Part shown: positions 63,012 through 64,000 of the stretch, piece by piece
Layout of the letters: every line of letters starts with the position of its first letter
How positions within the stretch are numbered: the first letter of the stretch is position 1
Assembly: GCA_020850715.1 (NCBI GenBank)
Contig: JADZED010000080.1
Coordinates: 68,524 to 132,523 of the forward strand
Origin: Acidobacteriota bacterium
GTDB lineage: Bacteria; Acidobacteriota; Vicinamibacteria; Vicinamibacterales; CAVVIG01
Direction: 5' to 3'
Length of the DNA: 64,000 nucleotides
The notes under the pieces: model-generated
What the model was told of the DNA's origin: nothing
Seen by the model: only the letters and a program-made list of their open reading frames with translations
The model's database searches: none
Position numbers and translations under genes: made by a program

Positions 63012-63899
63012 ATGCGCATTCTGGTAACGGGCGCCTGCGGCCAGCTCGGCGCGGCGGTGGCGGCCGAGTGCGGGCGCGCTCATGAAGTGGCCGCGCTCGG
63101 CCGCGGCGATCTCGACGTGACCGACGATGCCGCCGTCGAGGCGGCGGTCGCGGGCTTCGGCCCTGATGCCATCGTCAACGGCGCGGCGTATACCGACGTG
63201 GACGGCGCCGAGGATCATCCGATCGACGCGCTGAACGCGAACGCCTTCGCGGTGCGGGCGCTCGCGAGCGCGGCGCGCGCCTGCGGCGCGGCGCTCGTCC
63301 ACTACAGCACCGATTTCGTGTTCGACGGCGAGGCCGGGAGACCATACACCGAGGCCGACGCTCCTGCTCCGCGGAGCGTGTACGCGATGTCGAAGCTGCT
63401 GGGCGAGTGGTTCGCGGCCGACGCGGCTCGCCACTACGTGCTCCGGGTCGAGAGCCTGTTCGGCCGCGCCCCGGGCGCGCGTCCCGCGAAGGGGAGCGTC
63501 GCCGGCATCCTGCGGGCGCTCGCGGCCGGCGAGGCGGCGAAGGTGTTCGAAGATCGGACGATCTCGCCGACCTACGTGATCGATGCCGCCCGTGCGACGC
63601 GGCATCTCATCGAGCGCGGCGCGCCCTCGGGGGTGTATCACTGCGTGAACTCGGGATCGGCGACCTGGCTGGAGCTCGCGCGCGAGCTCGCGCGCGGGCT
63701 CGGCGTCGAGCCGAAGCTCGTTGCCGTGCGGATGAGCGACATGGCGCTCAGGGCGCAGCGGCCGCGGTACTGCGCGCTCGCCAACGCGAAGCTCGCGGCA
63801 GAGGGGTTCGCGATGCCCGCGTGGCAGGACGCGCTGGCGCGCTATCTGGAGACCGTCCGCCACGATCTCGCCCGCGAGGCGGCCGGCCGCCAGGCCTGA
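63012..63899 (+). CDS. rmlD: dTDP-4-dehydrorhamnose reductase
   Basis: 'MRILVTGACGQLG', 'NGAAYTDVD', 'STDFVFDG' and 'YAMSKLLGE'. Confidence 0.85.
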   Translation: MRILVTGACGQLGAAVAAECGRAHEVAALGRGDLDVTDDAAVEAAVAGFGPDAIVNGAAYTDVDGAEDHPIDALNANAFAVRALASAARACGAALVHYSTDFVFDGEAGRPYTEADAPAPRSVYAMSKLLGEWFAADAARHYVLRVESLFGRAPGARPAKGSVAGILRALAAGEAAKVFEDRTISPTYVIDAARATRHLIERGAPSGVYHCVNSGSATWLELARELARGLGVEPKLVAVRMSDMALRAQRPRYCALANAKLAAEGFAMPAWQDALARYLETVRHDLAREAAGRQA

Positions 63900-63901
63900 C
63901 G

Positions 63902-64000
63902 TCAGCCCGGCGCATCGATCCCGGCGGCGTGGACGATCGCGCCGTCGAGGCGATCCCGGCGAATCATGAAATCGGCGTACGCTGCGCCCGGCGGGCACAG
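63902..64000 (-). CDS. C-terminal end of an unidentified protein (gene starts beyond the window)
   Basis: GC3-rich open frame from the window edge, '...LCPPGAAYADFMIRRDRLDGAIVHAAGIDAPG', ending at TGA (63902-63904). No family assignment is possible. Confidence 0.3.
   Translation of the reverse strand: MCPPGAAYADFMIRRDRLDGAIVHAAGIDAPG

Overview
High-GC (roughly 70% by eye) bacterial chromosomal window. The gene content (CarboxypepD_reg-type TonB receptors, many secreted peptidases, gap-pgk-tpiA-secG-tRNA-Leu) suggests an Acidobacteriota-like soil organism, but that is inference only. All family calls come from motifs I read in the ORF translations, not from searches. Most of the window is housekeeping: livHMGF, an Rrf2 regulator with a haem-motif protein, a run of secreted peptidases (M28, M4, M20, M20D) with a TonB-dependent receptor, glycolysis genes, an LPS inner-core/lipid A cluster (waaA, lpxK, acyltransferase, GT9 heptosyltransferases, gmhB, hldA, hldC), a P-type ATPase, arsR-arsM, modABC, PBP1A, holB, PSP1, pdxA, smpB, rmlD and three tRNAs. 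Many long listed ORFs are antisense or out-of-frame shadows typical of high-GC DNA.

The stand-out region is 22.8-29.9 kb on the minus strand. It is a tightly coupled operon with four radical SAM enzymes: one B12-binding-type enzyme with a Cx7CxxC motif (RiPP C-methyltransferase-like) and three diverged compact paralogues with a Cx10Gx4CC...CxxC auxiliary-cluster module. It also encodes a cytoplasmic two-lobed retropepsin-like aspartic protease and an upstream strongly translated 102-aa Cys-free ORF. I interpret it as an uncharacterised RiPP-like peptide maturation system.

Other notable items:
- A ~150-166 bp MITE-like element in two copies, each abutting a TAG stop codon.
- A decayed tRNA-Leu-associated islet carrying Fic and an istB remnant.
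- gap and pgk in the same frame, separated by a single TAA, with no canonical pgk start codon.
- A collagen-like secreted protein.
- An AT-rich spacer with a sigma-54-type promoter motif.
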